Origin: Hydrolagus colliei
Lineage: Eukaryota
DNA length: 64,000 nt
NCBI GenBank assembly: GCA_035084275.1
Contig: CM068752.1
Span: 992,001 to 1,056,000 of the forward strand
Direction: 5' to 3'
Shown: positions 50,131 through 63,266 of the stretch, piece by piece
Layout: each line of letters opens with the position of its first letter
Numbering within the stretch: the stretch's first letter is position 1
Program-made: the position numbers and the translations under genes
The notes under the pieces: model-generated
What the model was told of the DNA's origin: nothing
Databases searched by the model: none
Seen by the model: only the letters and a program-made list of their open reading frames with translations

Positions 50131-50395
50131 TGATTACTATTGTTAATTTTATTCTTAACATCCAGAAGAGAAGTGGATGAAGTTTGCTTTAATCTTTGTG
50201 CCGCGCTTCTATTAGTGACAATAATAATAATCCTTGCATTTGATACAGAATCTTTTGATTCAGTTAGAGTCTATAGCGCTTTGCAGGATTCACAGAACAA
50301 TGTAGTGACTGTGTATTTGTTAAGCCGACGTGGCAGCCATTTGCACCCAGCAAAATCCCTCCAACTGCTATGAAGCGAATGGGCGATTTGATCTG

Positions 50396-50564
50396 AAACA
50401 AAACAGAAGTTGCTGGGGACACTCAGCAGGTCAGGCAGCATCCATGGAGAAAAGAAAACGAGTCAAAGTTGAGGGGCTACAAGCCTTCGTCAGAACCCTT
50501 CTGAGTTTCCCCAGCAACTTCTGTTTTTGTTTCAGATTCCAGGATTTGTAGTATTTTGTGTTTC
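50396..50564. mobile_element. Penelope-like element remnant (inverted pLTR ends) with 15-bp TSD
   Basis: Inverted arms 50391-50426 and 50501-50537. Flanking direct repeat GGGCGATTTGATCTG (50381-50395) / GGGCAATTTGATCTG (50565-50579). ACTCAGCAGGTCAGGCAGCATC matches chondrichthyan Penelope ends as I recall them. Confidence 0.72.
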
Positions 50565-51403
50565 GGGCAATTTGATCTGCTAGGTTTATAAGGACATTCG
50601 TTTAGACCGGTGATGTATGTTCCCAATGGAATCTGAAAGTTCAAGGAAGTTCTTGAGCTCTGTTTCGAAGTAGCGTGTCACTGCCTGTCTGAGTGGTTTA
50701 AATATTTAATTCCCCAACAGTACCTAACATCCATGTAAAATGAATACTACATCAATCTGGAAGGGGAATGATGATTGCAAAGCCATTTCATTAAGTCAAG
50801 ATTAAATTCATTTTCCTTCCCGCTAAATACGGTTTTGAATTTCATACCGTAAGTCGCGTTGTTACATTAAGTGAGCAACCAGGCCAAATTGAGACAAATA
50901 AGATGTTTAGAGAATTAATTTACTTTTAACGGAGATTTCGATTGACCCGATTACCTATTGTACTGGGAACAGTAAGCCATCCTCCCTCGCTAACTGGAGA
51001 AATATGATGATGTATTACACAATTAGATGTTTAGCATGCTGCATGGGTGCAGTTTAATTCATGTCAGGAAAGCTACGTTATTTAGTATGCCTGAAACAAT
51101 TTCAGAATCACTTAATGTACAAATTAAATTCTGTTTTCAGTGCTCACTCCTTCCTTTGACTTTCCTGTTACAAGTCAGACGCAGCGCAGTGTGGCGTATT
51201 CTGATCGGCGAGGTGAGAATTCAAGGCTAGCTTTGCCATTTTTCGTTATTATGTAGAAGGTGTGTTACTTCCCCCACACCAACAATATTAAATTATTTTA
51301 ACAGGGGCTCTCATTTATCACTGCCATTTAGTGTTAGCTACTTTACATGTAAACCGTGATCTCTGTCGAGCGACAGCAAATTCTTCAGGGTGTTTATTTA
51401 TTT

Positions 51404-51723
51404 ATAATAATAATAATAATAATCCTGGCATTTGATACAGTGCTTTCCATGCCTTCCAGACGTCTCAAAGCGCTTCACAGAGTATACCGTAAAGTGAATT
51501 GACTGTGATATTTGTGGGTGAAACGCGGCAGCCAATTGCACACAGCAGCGTCCCCCACAAACAGTCGTGGATTGAAACAACCAATTTTTTGGGGGAGGGA
51601 TTATTATCAGATACGTCAAGTAAAGAAACTTGCCGAAGGTTTTGCCCCGGACTTGCCTGGAATTGAACCCAGGTCTCTCACTTGTAAGGCGAGTGCTCTA
51701 ACCACTGAGCTACAGGACTCCAC
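51404..51723 (-). mobile_element. SINE, full length
   Basis: Complete reverse complement. Confidence 0.92.
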
Positions 51724-52189
51724 GTACGCTAGTTTTACAATGCAAAACAATGTACGCTTCTGTCGCCCCTTTCATGTCGAGAGGGCATCTCAAAGCACTT
51801 AACGATTGTGGCAGGGGCACTGGAACTGAGGTGAAGAGGAGGACACGAAGCAAGTTCAAAGAGGAGCATTTTTTTTAAAAAAAATCTAATAATATTTATA
51901 ATTTGTTCAGACACCCAATTGCTTCGCACGCAGATTGTCAGAGTTTGCTGAAGTTGGTTTCTCGCAATAACCTTACAAATATCAAAATAGCTCAACGTTT
52001 CCCGTGGCTGAAATTCGTTAGATGTCTTTGAAACAAAGAAGTTTTCATATCCATCAGCAAAAAAAAATCCGAGGCCGGTAATATTCCTTGCAAAAACTAA
52101 AGTAGGTTTCAGAGATGTCGGAAAATTTCCATATCGACGGACCCTAATTGAAACACATGGTTTTCGGTGTGTTTCACGTGAAAATATGA

Positions 52190-52370
52190 TCATAATAATA
52201 ATCATAATACTAATCCTTGCATTTGATATAGCGCCTTACCACATCTTTGAGGCGTCTGAAAGCGCTTCAAAGAGTATACTGTAAAGTGAGTATGTTTTGT
52301 AGGCGAAACGTGGCAAGCGATTGCGCACAGCAACGTCCCACAAACAATCGTGGATTGAGTGAGTGACCAT
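52190..52370 (-). mobile_element. SINE 3' half
   Basis: Reverse complement of tail and body. Confidence 0.82.
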
Positions 52371-53395
52371 TTTAAAAAAGTATATAAGACTAGAAGAGAC
52401 TTAAGTTAGGCTTAACCTTTGCTCAAACCGTGATAATACCAGAGACCTGGACCACTTTGCGGAGGGCTTTGATCAGCCCTGTGCTGCTGCTGTTTTAAGG
52501 ACAATACAATCTTGAGAGAGATCACTTTTACGGGAGGATTTAACAAAAAAAAATACAATAATCCTCGCATTTAACATAGAGCCTTTTGTGTCAGGAGGAC
52601 ACCTCAAAAAACGTTTCACGAAAATATAATTCAAAATGTTTCGGACCATGTACAGTATGTAGCTTGTGGGCAAACCTAGGATGTGACTGGTTTGTGTTAT
52701 TGTCAGTTTGGCTTAGTTGGGCATCACTCCTTGCCCTCCCAGTTCACAAATTGAGCTGAAGTTAGCAAATTGTGCAGACACCTGGCTGGTCTGAACTGAC
52801 TTGACTCTCCGCAGCATTGCTTGAGGCTCGCCGTCAAATGAGATCCTGAAGGATTCCTGGGAGAGCGCGTTACATGGAAGAGAATTTAGTCGGCATCATG
52901 AATGATGATGAGGGGTGGTGGAGGGGGGGGGAACGGGGACACGGGGGAGGGGGAGCTGAAAATCGATGTAATTCGAATTGCAAAATGTGTTATTTCCAAG
53001 GCTCAAGGCTCCGAGCTGTTTGTTGTTTGCTGGCTCGCGAGCTACAATTAATAATAATAATAATACACGGGAAAGTGAATCGATTGGGTATTTTGTGGGC
53101 CAATAACAATAATAGTTATTGTCCTCGTTCAACACACAGTTTTGATTTAAACGTTTAAATGTAATGGAGTTTGTGAGTTTAACAAAAAAAGGAAAATCTG
53201 AATGCATTTCAAACGAGTGCATTGTTCTACGTCGAATTTGAACTAACCTATCACACTGCACAACGCAATTCACATTGACCTAACGTCCTCATATTTTTGC
53301 GAGGACGACTTAAAGTGCTTCAATCTGTTGACTGGACTGACTACTCGAGCTGGGGGAAGGGGTGGGGCGGTGGGTGGTGGGGCGGGGGGGGGGGG

Positions 53396-53435
<40 letters not shown>

Positions 53436-53854
53436 GATCGAAAACACAGTCAAACGTAACAAGACAAACTTTCCTCCCCAAAGTGGGGAGGAAGGAATCA
53501 AAGCCGAGGGCTTTTTTTTGGCTCTGATGTGACAGGAATGTTATACGTTACACTGCTAATGTCTTGAATCCTCACATGTATCATTGGCTAGTCAGTGGGA
53601 GACAAAGTCACAGATACTATCACAGAAACCATCACTTTCGCTGCGACAGTTTGTGAGTTAATGCTATGATGTTTCCAAATCCACGACTCTGATCTGACAG
53701 TGCAAGAGAATGGGACATAGAAACTGTCACCAATAGCTCACATTCAGTGCTTTTATCTGACAGCACAAGAGCAGACGCCACCTCATCAAACAAGCCGCAG
53801 TGTATCAATAAAGAATACTACATTATTATTGCCATTTGTCATCTCAACGTTATT

Positions 53855-54030
53855 AATAATAGATTGGTTTATTTCGATCTGCGACTGTTTGTTCGGGGAA
53901 GCTGCTGTGCGCAATTGGCTGCCGCGTTTTGCCCAGAAAATGTCCAGTCAATCCACTTGACAGTATATTCTGTGAAGCGCTTTGAGACGTCGGTAAGATG
54001 TGAAAGGCGCTACATGAAATTATTATTATT
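53855..54030 (+). mobile_element. SINE 3' half
   Basis: Body and tail. Confidence 0.85.
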
Positions 54031-55728
54031 ACACACACACACCATACGCGCACACACACATATGCACAACTAGCAACCTTTTTTCCAATGAAAAACAGTG
54101 TCCTTCATCCCTGGTAATTTACTGCTGTCCTGAAACACCTTCGAGGATTGTTTATTGATGTTGGTTCGAGTGACAAGAATGAAGATCTGAAACCTCGAAC
54201 ACATAAATTCTCCCTCCCCTTCACGTGAATCTTATTGTTCAACCCCCTTTCCTCGCTCACCGGCAAGTCAAGTCAACGGATCTCAAAATAGGTTTCAGCT
54301 CCTCGGGACGGCATCCCGACGTGAAAGCTCTACACAAATACAGTTGGTTGTGTTGTTGTTGTTGTTTATATATATATATATATCTATATATGCAACAAAT
54401 CCCTAATCTCATTGATGCACTGGAACGATTTTTACACAAGTAAGTATAATAATAACGCTTGTATTTGATAAAAGCGCCTTATCATGTATTTGAGACGTCT
54501 CAAAGCATACGTACGAAGGGACGCGATCTAGCAATTCTGTGTTCACACGTCTCTGAATATCCGAACTAATTCGCCGAAATATTTAACTGAAATATATATT
54601 TTTAAAACATCTATGTACCGCTGAGCCAGACGGGAGGGGTAGAGCAGGGAGTTAGCAATAGTGAAGCCTGGACACAATGAAAACATGGATGAGGGGAGAG
54701 GTAATGGCAGAAGCGGGCAATGATGCGGAGTCATGGGATGGTAGTAATAATGATAGTAAACATTTGAGCGATACTTTGTTTTCTCTCTCTCTCTTTCTCT
54801 CTCCTCCATCCACATCCACAGAAGCAAAAAAAAAAAGCTCATTATTCTCAAAACTAAGGCAAATACCCTTTGCGATGTGATTATTATACCAACGATGATC
54901 CGATTTTTAAAACAAATCACTCCGAGATCCCCGGACACAGATTATTTTTGCTGTTCTGCAAGGCGTGACAATGAAGATTTGCTGCGCAGATTACTAACAG
55001 GTAGAACACAAAAGGTTGGGGATTTAACGGAACGGTTTGGGATTTAATAGGGATACGATTGGTTTGCGAGCTGAACAGTTTTCAGAGATGGACAGAGCCA
55101 CAAGGTACGGCAGTCTTCTTCAGTACTTCAATGTTCAATTGAATCGAAATGAATAAATTCAATATTTGCTGTAACGTAGCACTGTAGCACTTCTCACGTC
55201 AGGAGGATAAACCAAAGTGCTTCACCGGATATACTGTGAAGAGGAGTGGTGACTGTGTAATTGTGATGCGGGTGAACGCAGCCAATGTCCACGACATCTC
55301 CGCACACTCCGTCGGCGAGGCGGCCGGAGATTCTAACATCCACGAATGTCTCCTCACTCGCAAAAACTGAACAATCATTTGCTGAACATTTCGTGTTATT
55401 GTCTTTGTAATTAAAACAAATGAGATCTTTGCTATTTCCAGTGATTTATGCCCCAGGCGACAGACTTGCTTCTCTCCAGTCATTTGAGCGAAAATTCTAA
55501 TGGATTTAATTGAAGTTAGGAATTTTAATAATCAGCAAATTTCAGTCCAACCCCAATTAGTTTTAAAACCCATCGTGGCACTGTAGTTTGTCATTTATAT
55601 AACTGCAAGACTCAGAACAGACTCTGCTCACATTCGTGGCAGTACTGGACTGTACTCCTCCACTCTCAAGTCCTGACCCACGGAGATGATTCTACAATCA
55701 GCAAACAAAAGGGCTTCACAAACAGAGA

Positions 55729-56065
55729 AATAACAATAATAATAATAATCCTTGCATTTGATACAGCGCTTTTCACATCTTATCGACGTCTCCAAGCGTT
55801 TCACAGCATATACTGTAAAGTGAATTGACTGTATATTTGTGGGCGAAACGCGGCAGCCAATTGCGCGCAGCAGCGTCCCCCACAAGCAGTCGTGATTGAA
55901 ATGACCAATTTTTATTATTGTGTTTTTTTTTGAGCGATTATTATTAGACGTGTGTGTGTGTGTATGTGTGTGTGCGTGTGTGTGGAGTAAGGAAACTTGC
56001 CCAAGGTTTCGCCCTGTACCTGCCTGGATTCGAAACGCAGGTCTCATGCTTGTAAGTCGAGCGCT
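55729..56065 (-). mobile_element. SINE, head truncated at AGCGCT
   Basis: Tail, body, (TG)n and most of the head. Confidence 0.9.
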
Positions 56066-56863
56066 TTGAGACATCTCGAAGTTGTGATCAGGCCAGCTGC
56101 ATCAAACGCAAGGATTATTATGAGGACCGCCACTGCTCACTAGCCACGTGTAAAACGCTGTGAGTTTACGGTGGATGGTTTGATCACCCTGGCACGTCCC
56201 GAGCTCTGGCTCGGGGGTGGGGGAAAGAACGGCTGTTCAAACATCATTTGGCTCGTACCACAATCCCATTATATTCAAACACTTCAGTGTTTCTTCACAT
56301 CTGCCCAAACAATGGCTTTGGCAAAGTGACTACTTCAATATTACGGCCGACTTCATTTACGTGACTACCTGACGAGCAAACATTACTGCCTGGCGCTAAA
56401 CACACGCACACACACACACACACAGAGAGAGAGTCTACAAACGCACTGGCCTTTGTCCGCTCAATCCTGGTTGTGGATAGATCGCGTTTGCTCACACGTA
56501 AAAAAAGCCGCGTTATTTTATGTGGCAGATGAATGCGGCCAAGTCTGCAATCCAATCTTTTAAAGGGAAGAAAAGTCAAGTGAAATAAAAAGCTGTACAG
56601 AGCGCATTAAGGCACGTTTTATTACCACCCTTTGGGAGCAAACTCTTTTGTACAGATTGCTAAAAGGCCAGCTGCTGTTATGTCTCACTGATGAGTTGCG
56701 CAGGCTGTTAGCTGTACTTTCTGTGGCATCCATTCTTTGTTAATTCATTTACGAGGCACTTACAGCATCACAACAATTTACATTCATACGGTGGAATGGG
56801 AGAGGTTGGGTAGGGAGGGGTGTGTGGGGAGAGGCAGCCGAATGCCTGGAGGTTGCAACGAAA

Positions 56864-57157
56864 GTGGAGTCTTGTAGCTCAGTGGTTAAGGCGCTCGCCT
56901 TGCTAGCTTGTGAGACCGTTCGAATCAGATCAGGGCGAAACCTTGGGCAAGTTTCCTTACTCCACACACACGCACGCACGCCTGATAATAATCCCTCCAA
57001 AAATAAAAACTATAAGGAATTGGTCATTTCAATCCACGGTTGTTTGTGGGACACTGCTGTGCGCAGTCAATTCACTTTACAGTATATTGTGCGAAGCGCT
57101 TTGAGATGTCTAGAAGACGTGAGAAAAGCGCTAGATCAAAATGCAAGGATTATTATT
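56864..57157 (+). mobile_element. SINE, full length with internal deletion
   Basis: Head and tail are present. The body jumps GTGCGCA|GTCAATTC. Confidence 0.9.
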
Positions 57158-57794
57158 GATTTACTTAAGGTCTTCAATTTTTGAAGGAGGCAGGGAGGGT
57201 TACGGGTAGAGTAGGTGGGATCTGGGATCGAGAGCAGAGAGAGAGAGAGAGTGGGGGCAGGATGTTAAACACTAGCCTGCCGATGGTGAGGCACACCCCG
57301 TCAGAAGCCGTGGAGCTATTTAACAAAATTTCTTGCTATTTAACAAAACTTCTTGAACCTTCTTTAACAAAACTAACCTCCAACTCACGGTGATCTCACC
57401 AGCCAATGCCAACCCCCAAACACGTTCTAAATTGCTATTAAACCGTGTGACATCCCATGAGTTACGAACCCTGGAGAAATATGATCCTTGGGATTTTTTT
57501 TTCGGATTTAAAGTTATTTGAAATAAACATTTTTTTTTGACAGAGCAATTGACAGGTAGAGAGAGAGAGAGGCACTGAGGCCAGGGATCTGAGAACGACA
57601 GATTGGACATGTTTTAATCAAAACGTTAGATTGTAAATATCCCCCCAAGGAAGCTTTTGATGAGTTTGCGATGGACATGGTAAAATGGTATTTTATATCA
57701 GCCAAAGAAAAGGCCAAATAGTCTGCTTGATGTGTCTAATAAAGGAACAGGATTACAGTATGATCGCAGAAACAACACCATTGGTATTGAACAG

Positions 57795-58040
57795 GGTACA
57801 CTGTAAAGTGTAGTGACTGTAGGCCAATTTGTGCTCTGCAAAGTCCTAGAAACAGCCATGAAGTAAATGATGAATTTGAACCCAGAGATTGTTGACCAAG
57901 ACTCTGGGAGACGCTAGCTCCATTTAATCAAACTGTGACACAGGATCGTTAGGTAAGGTTCCTATTTAAGAGGCGGCCAGGCAGACGGGACCTCAGTTTA
58001 AAGTCTTATTGGAATGATGGTACCTCTGTCAATCAGGCAT
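57795..58040 (-). mobile_element. Old DeuSINE-like relic
   Basis: AAGTGTAGTGACTGT...GGCAGACGGGACCTCAGTTTAAAGTCTTATTGGAATGATGGTACCTCTG. Confidence 0.65.
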
Positions 58041-58044
58041 ATCT

Positions 58045-58381
58045 GTGGAGCTCCTTGTAGCTCAGTGGTTAGAGCACTCGCCTTGCAAGCGTGAGACATG
58101 TGTTCAAATCCAGGAAGGTCAGGGTGAAACCTTGGGCAAGTTTCCTTACTCCACACACCTAATAATGATTTGTCCCCCAAAAAACACAACAATAAAAATT
58201 GGTCATTTCAATCCACGGCTTTTTGTGGGGGACGCTGCTGTGTGCAATCGGCTGCCACGTTTCGCCCACAAATATGCAGTCAATTCACTTTACAGTATAT
58301 TCCGTGAAGCGCTTTGAGACACAGTCTAGAAGATGTGAAAAGCCGCTATATCAACTGCAAGGATTATTATTATTATTATTT
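58045..58381 (+). mobile_element. SINE (main family), full length
   Basis: Head through the (TTA)n tail. Confidence 0.92.
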
Positions 58382-59817
58382 AATTACCACGTGGATTCTT
58401 CCAGTGACTTGCCCTTCGCAAAACTACCACTGCAACTCAAAGATCTTTTGCCGGCAGAAAATCAAGCTTATTTTATCTAATGAGAAATCTAAAACTTTAA
58501 CAGCTGTGAATAACTAATCAGTATCAATGAAAGCACTGATATCATTTCTATTAATCCCCCGTTACACTGTCACTGCTAAGCACCAGAATGACTGGGATGA
58601 GGATGGAGTAATCCCAGCTGTCCACACCAACTGGAGGAAAAATTGAAGCTCATCATTCATCGACTGTGTGAAGATGGAGAATGATGTTTGGGTGGAGGTG
58701 GGGGGGAGGAGACGACAAGAGAATATAAAAGGCTTTTATTTATTTATTTGGAATAAGATGAGATAAAAGTTCTAGATAAACAACAGCCTTAATATGTTAG
58801 AGTTGCCAGATAGCGCCCTCAGTCCCCACACACACACACACACATACATACACACCCCCACGCACGCACGCACGCACGCACGCACACACCCAATAATAAT
58901 CCATCCCCCCATTTTGTAACATACCACATCATCACGTCCATTGGAAAATGACACGGCAAAATAATTTGCAAGGTTCCAATGCAGAGGTTTTAAAGCACAT
59001 AAAAACATTAATTGTACAGTCAATTCACTTTACAATATATTCTGTGAAGTGCTTTGAGACATCTACAAGACGTGAAAAGCACAATATCAACTGCAAGTAT
59101 TATTATTATCATTATTATACATATTGCCCAGAACTTCTCATTTAAATTTAATTTACCTGAACATAATAATAATTAAAGTTCCTGCGTTTGATACAGCGGA
59201 TCAAACGCAGGAATTTTAATTATCACATCATTGAGACATCTCAAAGTCCTTTCGATTTTAATGTGGGGTAGATATATATATATAGCATGCCTGTCACCCC
59301 AATATATACATGAACTGCACTGAGAAATTTGGGATTGTGGCAATGAACAGAATCCAATTTGGTCGATGATTCCAACTCCTGACACATTCTGACACATGAC
59401 CTTTACTGCAGACTTTCTCACACTTTCCATGCGTTTCTCTGTCGCACGGAGGCTGCGTTACCCTGACGTTTTGACCCTGAGCACACGCGGATCGGAAAGA
59501 ATCAACCGCGGTGATGTCAATTTTTTAATTTGTCGTAAATGACGCACCAGCCGTAAATGGTAAACGCGGTAAAAACCTTTCCCAGAATTGCGACGTCAAA
59601 CACGAGCCTCGTTGAACTTTTTTTGGAACCATAATCACGTCAACCCTGGCGCTTGATGTCTCACATCTTCGAAATGTTTCAAAGTACTTCAACGACCTTT
59701 TCATTCTGCATTTGACGTCTCTGTGAAGTGTAGTGACCGCGTTTTTTGTAGGCGAACCTCGTCGGTCAGTTTATGCTACCAAATGAGCCGGACTGACACA
59801 TAGGACAGTGGGAAAGA

Positions 59818-60080
59818 TAGGACATAAGAACATGGGAACAGGAGTAGGCCATTCAGCCCGTCGAGCCTGTTCCACCATTTAATTATTTAGAGGCCGATCT
59901 GTATCTCGACTAATCCTTTTAATTCCGATTTCCCGCTTTCTCCCCGTATCCCTTAGTATGGATTAACCCACCAAAAATGTATCAACCTCACTCTTGAAGG
60001 TGAGGATAGATCCAAACAACCACAACCTTTTTGGGGGGGGTAGAGAATTCCATATTTCTATCACCTTTTGAGTGAAAAAC
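59818..60080 (-). mobile_element. CR1 LINE 3' end
   Basis: ACATAAGAACATGGGAACAGGAGTAGGCCATTCAGCCCGTCGAGCCTGTTCCACCATT...GTAGAGAATTCCA...GTGAAAAA: CR1 terminal short repeat, UTR and ORF2 end. Confidence 0.85.
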
Positions 60081-61879
60081 ACTAATATTTATAGACTTAG
60101 AAACATCACAGTTGTTCAAAGTGCTATTTTTGCGATGCACATTACTGTATGTATGTAACTCATAATGATAAAAGCTGAGGGTTTAATGCATGTGTATATG
60201 TGAACTACTGTACTTAGAACATCACACTGCTGAGAGGCAGTTGAGATTTCATCACCTTGTTTCAGAAAATGGACTGTTGGGAGCCACATTTTCTCCCACC
60301 CATGTTAGTACCTGACATTTTACAGTAAGTATTGCTTTACTGCGATACTGAATACTGTAGCTTGCTCATGTACCCTGACAGTCTGTGTGTAGGTGTGAGT
60401 CACACAAATATTTTACTCAACCGTCAATGCCAACAACATTGATGCGGTTGTGATGGTGGGTACGTTTCTTTCTTGCTGCCTGCAAACACACGTTACTTCC
60501 TAAACTGGTTGACGAGAATCTTTAGAGACAATGTGCCTAATTCTGTCTCGTCTCCCAGTGTTTATTACTCGAGTGGAGTGGCTATGACACTGGAATAGGT
60601 GAAATAAGGCAGTTCAGATCGCAAGCTGATTAAATGCAATTGAGTGCCTTAATTACGTGCTGATATTTATTCCCTATAAGCAGAATGTTTACTGGTATCA
60701 TGCTGGATGAACAAAAAATACTGAGCCAATGTGTCTTTTTGCTCAAAGCGTGTCTTAAGATCTGCCTTAAGTGCAACGTGGCCCTATTATTGAATTGCCG
60801 TCTGTAATATTCAGTAGGACTCTGTTTAAGTGCAACAATGGCTGAAGGCCTTGGGAGCTCAGTGCAGAATTTAGTCTAGTTCACTGACTGGCGTCTATAT
60901 TTCACGTTGAAAGGCAAGTAATTCACTGGTTTCTGCCGATGCCTTGAGAGAGAGAGAGAGACCCAGCGTTTTGCTTCCACTCCCCTCGATTTTTTTTCCC
61001 CCAGAAGAACGAGCCCTTTTCCTCAGCCAGGGGAAAAAAAAAATCACGCTGTTGAAAAGATTGACGCCGACGGACTTCCCCTGATCTCAACCGTGTGTGT
61101 GAGACGGGCTTTCTCACACATGCAGGAGAGTTTGCAGAACTGTCACATGCTTGGAGGGGTGTGGGGTGGGGGGGGGGGGGGGGGGTGGGAGGGGGGGGGG
61201 ATGGGGGTGTAGGGGCGTAAGATTGTGTAAAGGTGACTTCACAATGCAAGACGCCTTCAGACACAAGAGTTAGTTGCACAGAAATGTGCAGGATGGCAGG
61301 ACAGTAGGATTTTTACCAGCTGTAGTAAAGTCTACCAGCCTCAAGGCTGCACTATACTTTCTATATTTGCTGTGTGTGTGTGTGTGTTTGTGTGTGTGTG
61401 TTTAAGAATGTTGATCTTTGAAGGTTCCTGTGGCTTCATATCAATCTCAAGGTGGGCCAAATGACACAGAACACATTTCTGCTTGAATACAGCTCAAATA
61501 TTTTCTGAAAGCGTTCCGCTGTGCCTTCTTCCTCTGAACATATTTACCGCCAATCACCTAGTTGGCTGCAACCGTTGCAATACACAAGAGCGCTTGCGTT
61601 ACAAACAACATGGGAGTGGATTTCACTGTAGCCCAGTGTAATGATCTCATGCGTAACAGACATCGCGAGATTGGCCTCGGGTCATTAAAGCTCTTTGGCC
61701 CATCTCAGCTCATCCGTCGATACCCTACCAATCCTTCAATCACAGCTACCCTTCCTGGCAACCCATCTCAGTTAATAATTACCTTCTGGGTCCATAGATA
61801 TTTCCTATTTTCCGTCCTTAAGTTGCCCTCCCCAGCTCCAGACCCCACGTCATCTTGTTCTGTTGTCTTGATACGTCCA

Positions 61880-62150
61880 AAAGTGTTGTTCTGAGTTTAT
61901 TTATTTTAATCTCGCGTAAAATAAACTGTGGCGCTGTCTCACTCAAGCCGTTTGACTTGCTCCCACTTGCCTGCCTCCAATTAATCCCAAACTCTGCATC
62001 CCAGATACTCACCCTCCTAAAACTCCACACTTCCATCACACCACTCCTTTTCAGGCTCCACTGACTCCCAATTACTAAATAGATCGATTGCAAGATCCTC
62101 TCGCTCGTTTTCAAACTCCTTCATTCCCTGGCATCTCCTTTCCTTCCTCT
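61880..62150 (+). mobile_element. Old L2 LINE ORF2 fragment
   Basis: LQLIPNSASQILT..K.HTSITPLLFRLH*LPITK*IDCKILSLVFK corresponds to the L2 LQ..QN.AAR..T...HITP.L..LHWLP motif. Confidence 0.8.
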
Positions 62151-62419
62151 AAGATGACAGCTGTATAATGTATAAGACTGTAAAGTATGTCGAAAAAATA
62201 AGTCCATAAAGTATAGTGGAAAGGCTAAAGCTCCACCGAGACAGTTAATTGGACTCTTAACAAGCCCCTTAAACTCTTAAATAATTCACAGATTTGTCTC
62301 ATTTCCCACCGCAAGAAAAACACAATAAAATCCAGGATCGTTCAAATCAAACATTTACAGGGGATAATAATACAAGGGAGAGCACATGAAACTGGTTGTG
62401 AAAGCACTGTACTTGAAAC

Positions 62420-62750
62420 ATCTGCCCCCAAGCCAGCGGGAGAGAGTGGAGGGCGAGTGACCGTAAGCATGATCGAAAAGGAAGGTCTTTAGGTGAGATT
62501 TGAAAGTGGGGAGGGAGTGGGGACAGGCGGAGTGATTGAGGGAGAGAGTTCCAGTGTTTCACAGTGTAGTGGCTGAGGGCATGGCCGCCAATGGTGGAGT
62601 TGGGGGGGTGGGGGGGGACAACGAGGGATAAACAGAGGGTTGGAGCCAGCCAATTGGATGCCAATGAAGCATGGCGAGGAGTGGTGTAATGGGGTAACAG
62701 AGTCTTGTGTGGGTGAGTATTTAGGAGGCAGAGTTTGGGAAGAATTCAAT
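62420..62750 (-). mobile_element. Old L2 LINE 3' fragment
   Basis: The minus strand gives STIGGHALSHYTVKHWNSLPQSLRL. Confidence 0.8.
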
Positions 62751-63266
62751 CAAACACAGTACTGTGCATCTGTTATGTGTGAATTAGATAAAATCCAGGT
62801 TTAAACACAACTTTACGTAATCATATATGATACAAATTGTGCAAGTTTGACGTAATTCATACGCGAGGTTTACTGTATAAGATACCTGCGAGCACCCAAA
62901 GGTGACTAACAACATTGCTCGTTTAGTTTTGTTCCTTTGGCTCTGCTGGAAAGAGAACTATAATGTAATCATTAGAGATTAACCAGCTGTCCGGTTCACT
63001 GCATTTATTGACTTGCTCCAGAGATAACAAAAGTTTGGTTGAAGCCTTGATGAAGTTATATCTGTTAACTGGCTTTTTATGTTAAGTTCCAGAGCGAAGA
63101 TAAAAAAATAGTTATTGAATTTGTGGTTGGTTAGAAAACAGTGTGCTGTGCGGAAATAAATAAATTTAATCTCGCATCTGAGGCTCGTAATCTTTTGGAG
63201 CGTTCGATTTAAACAGTTTCTCATCAAATAAAATGGCATCTCTCCACTGAGAGTAATGTGACTAAT

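Noticed and set aside
56606-56620. TAAGGCACG, the start of miR-124
   Set aside because: Only 9 nt match. The rest of the mature sequence and the hairpin are absent.
62845-62878. Tigger/Tc1-like terminal ...CGAGGTTTACTG|TA
   Set aside because: No matching opposite TIR was found, and it is too short to call.
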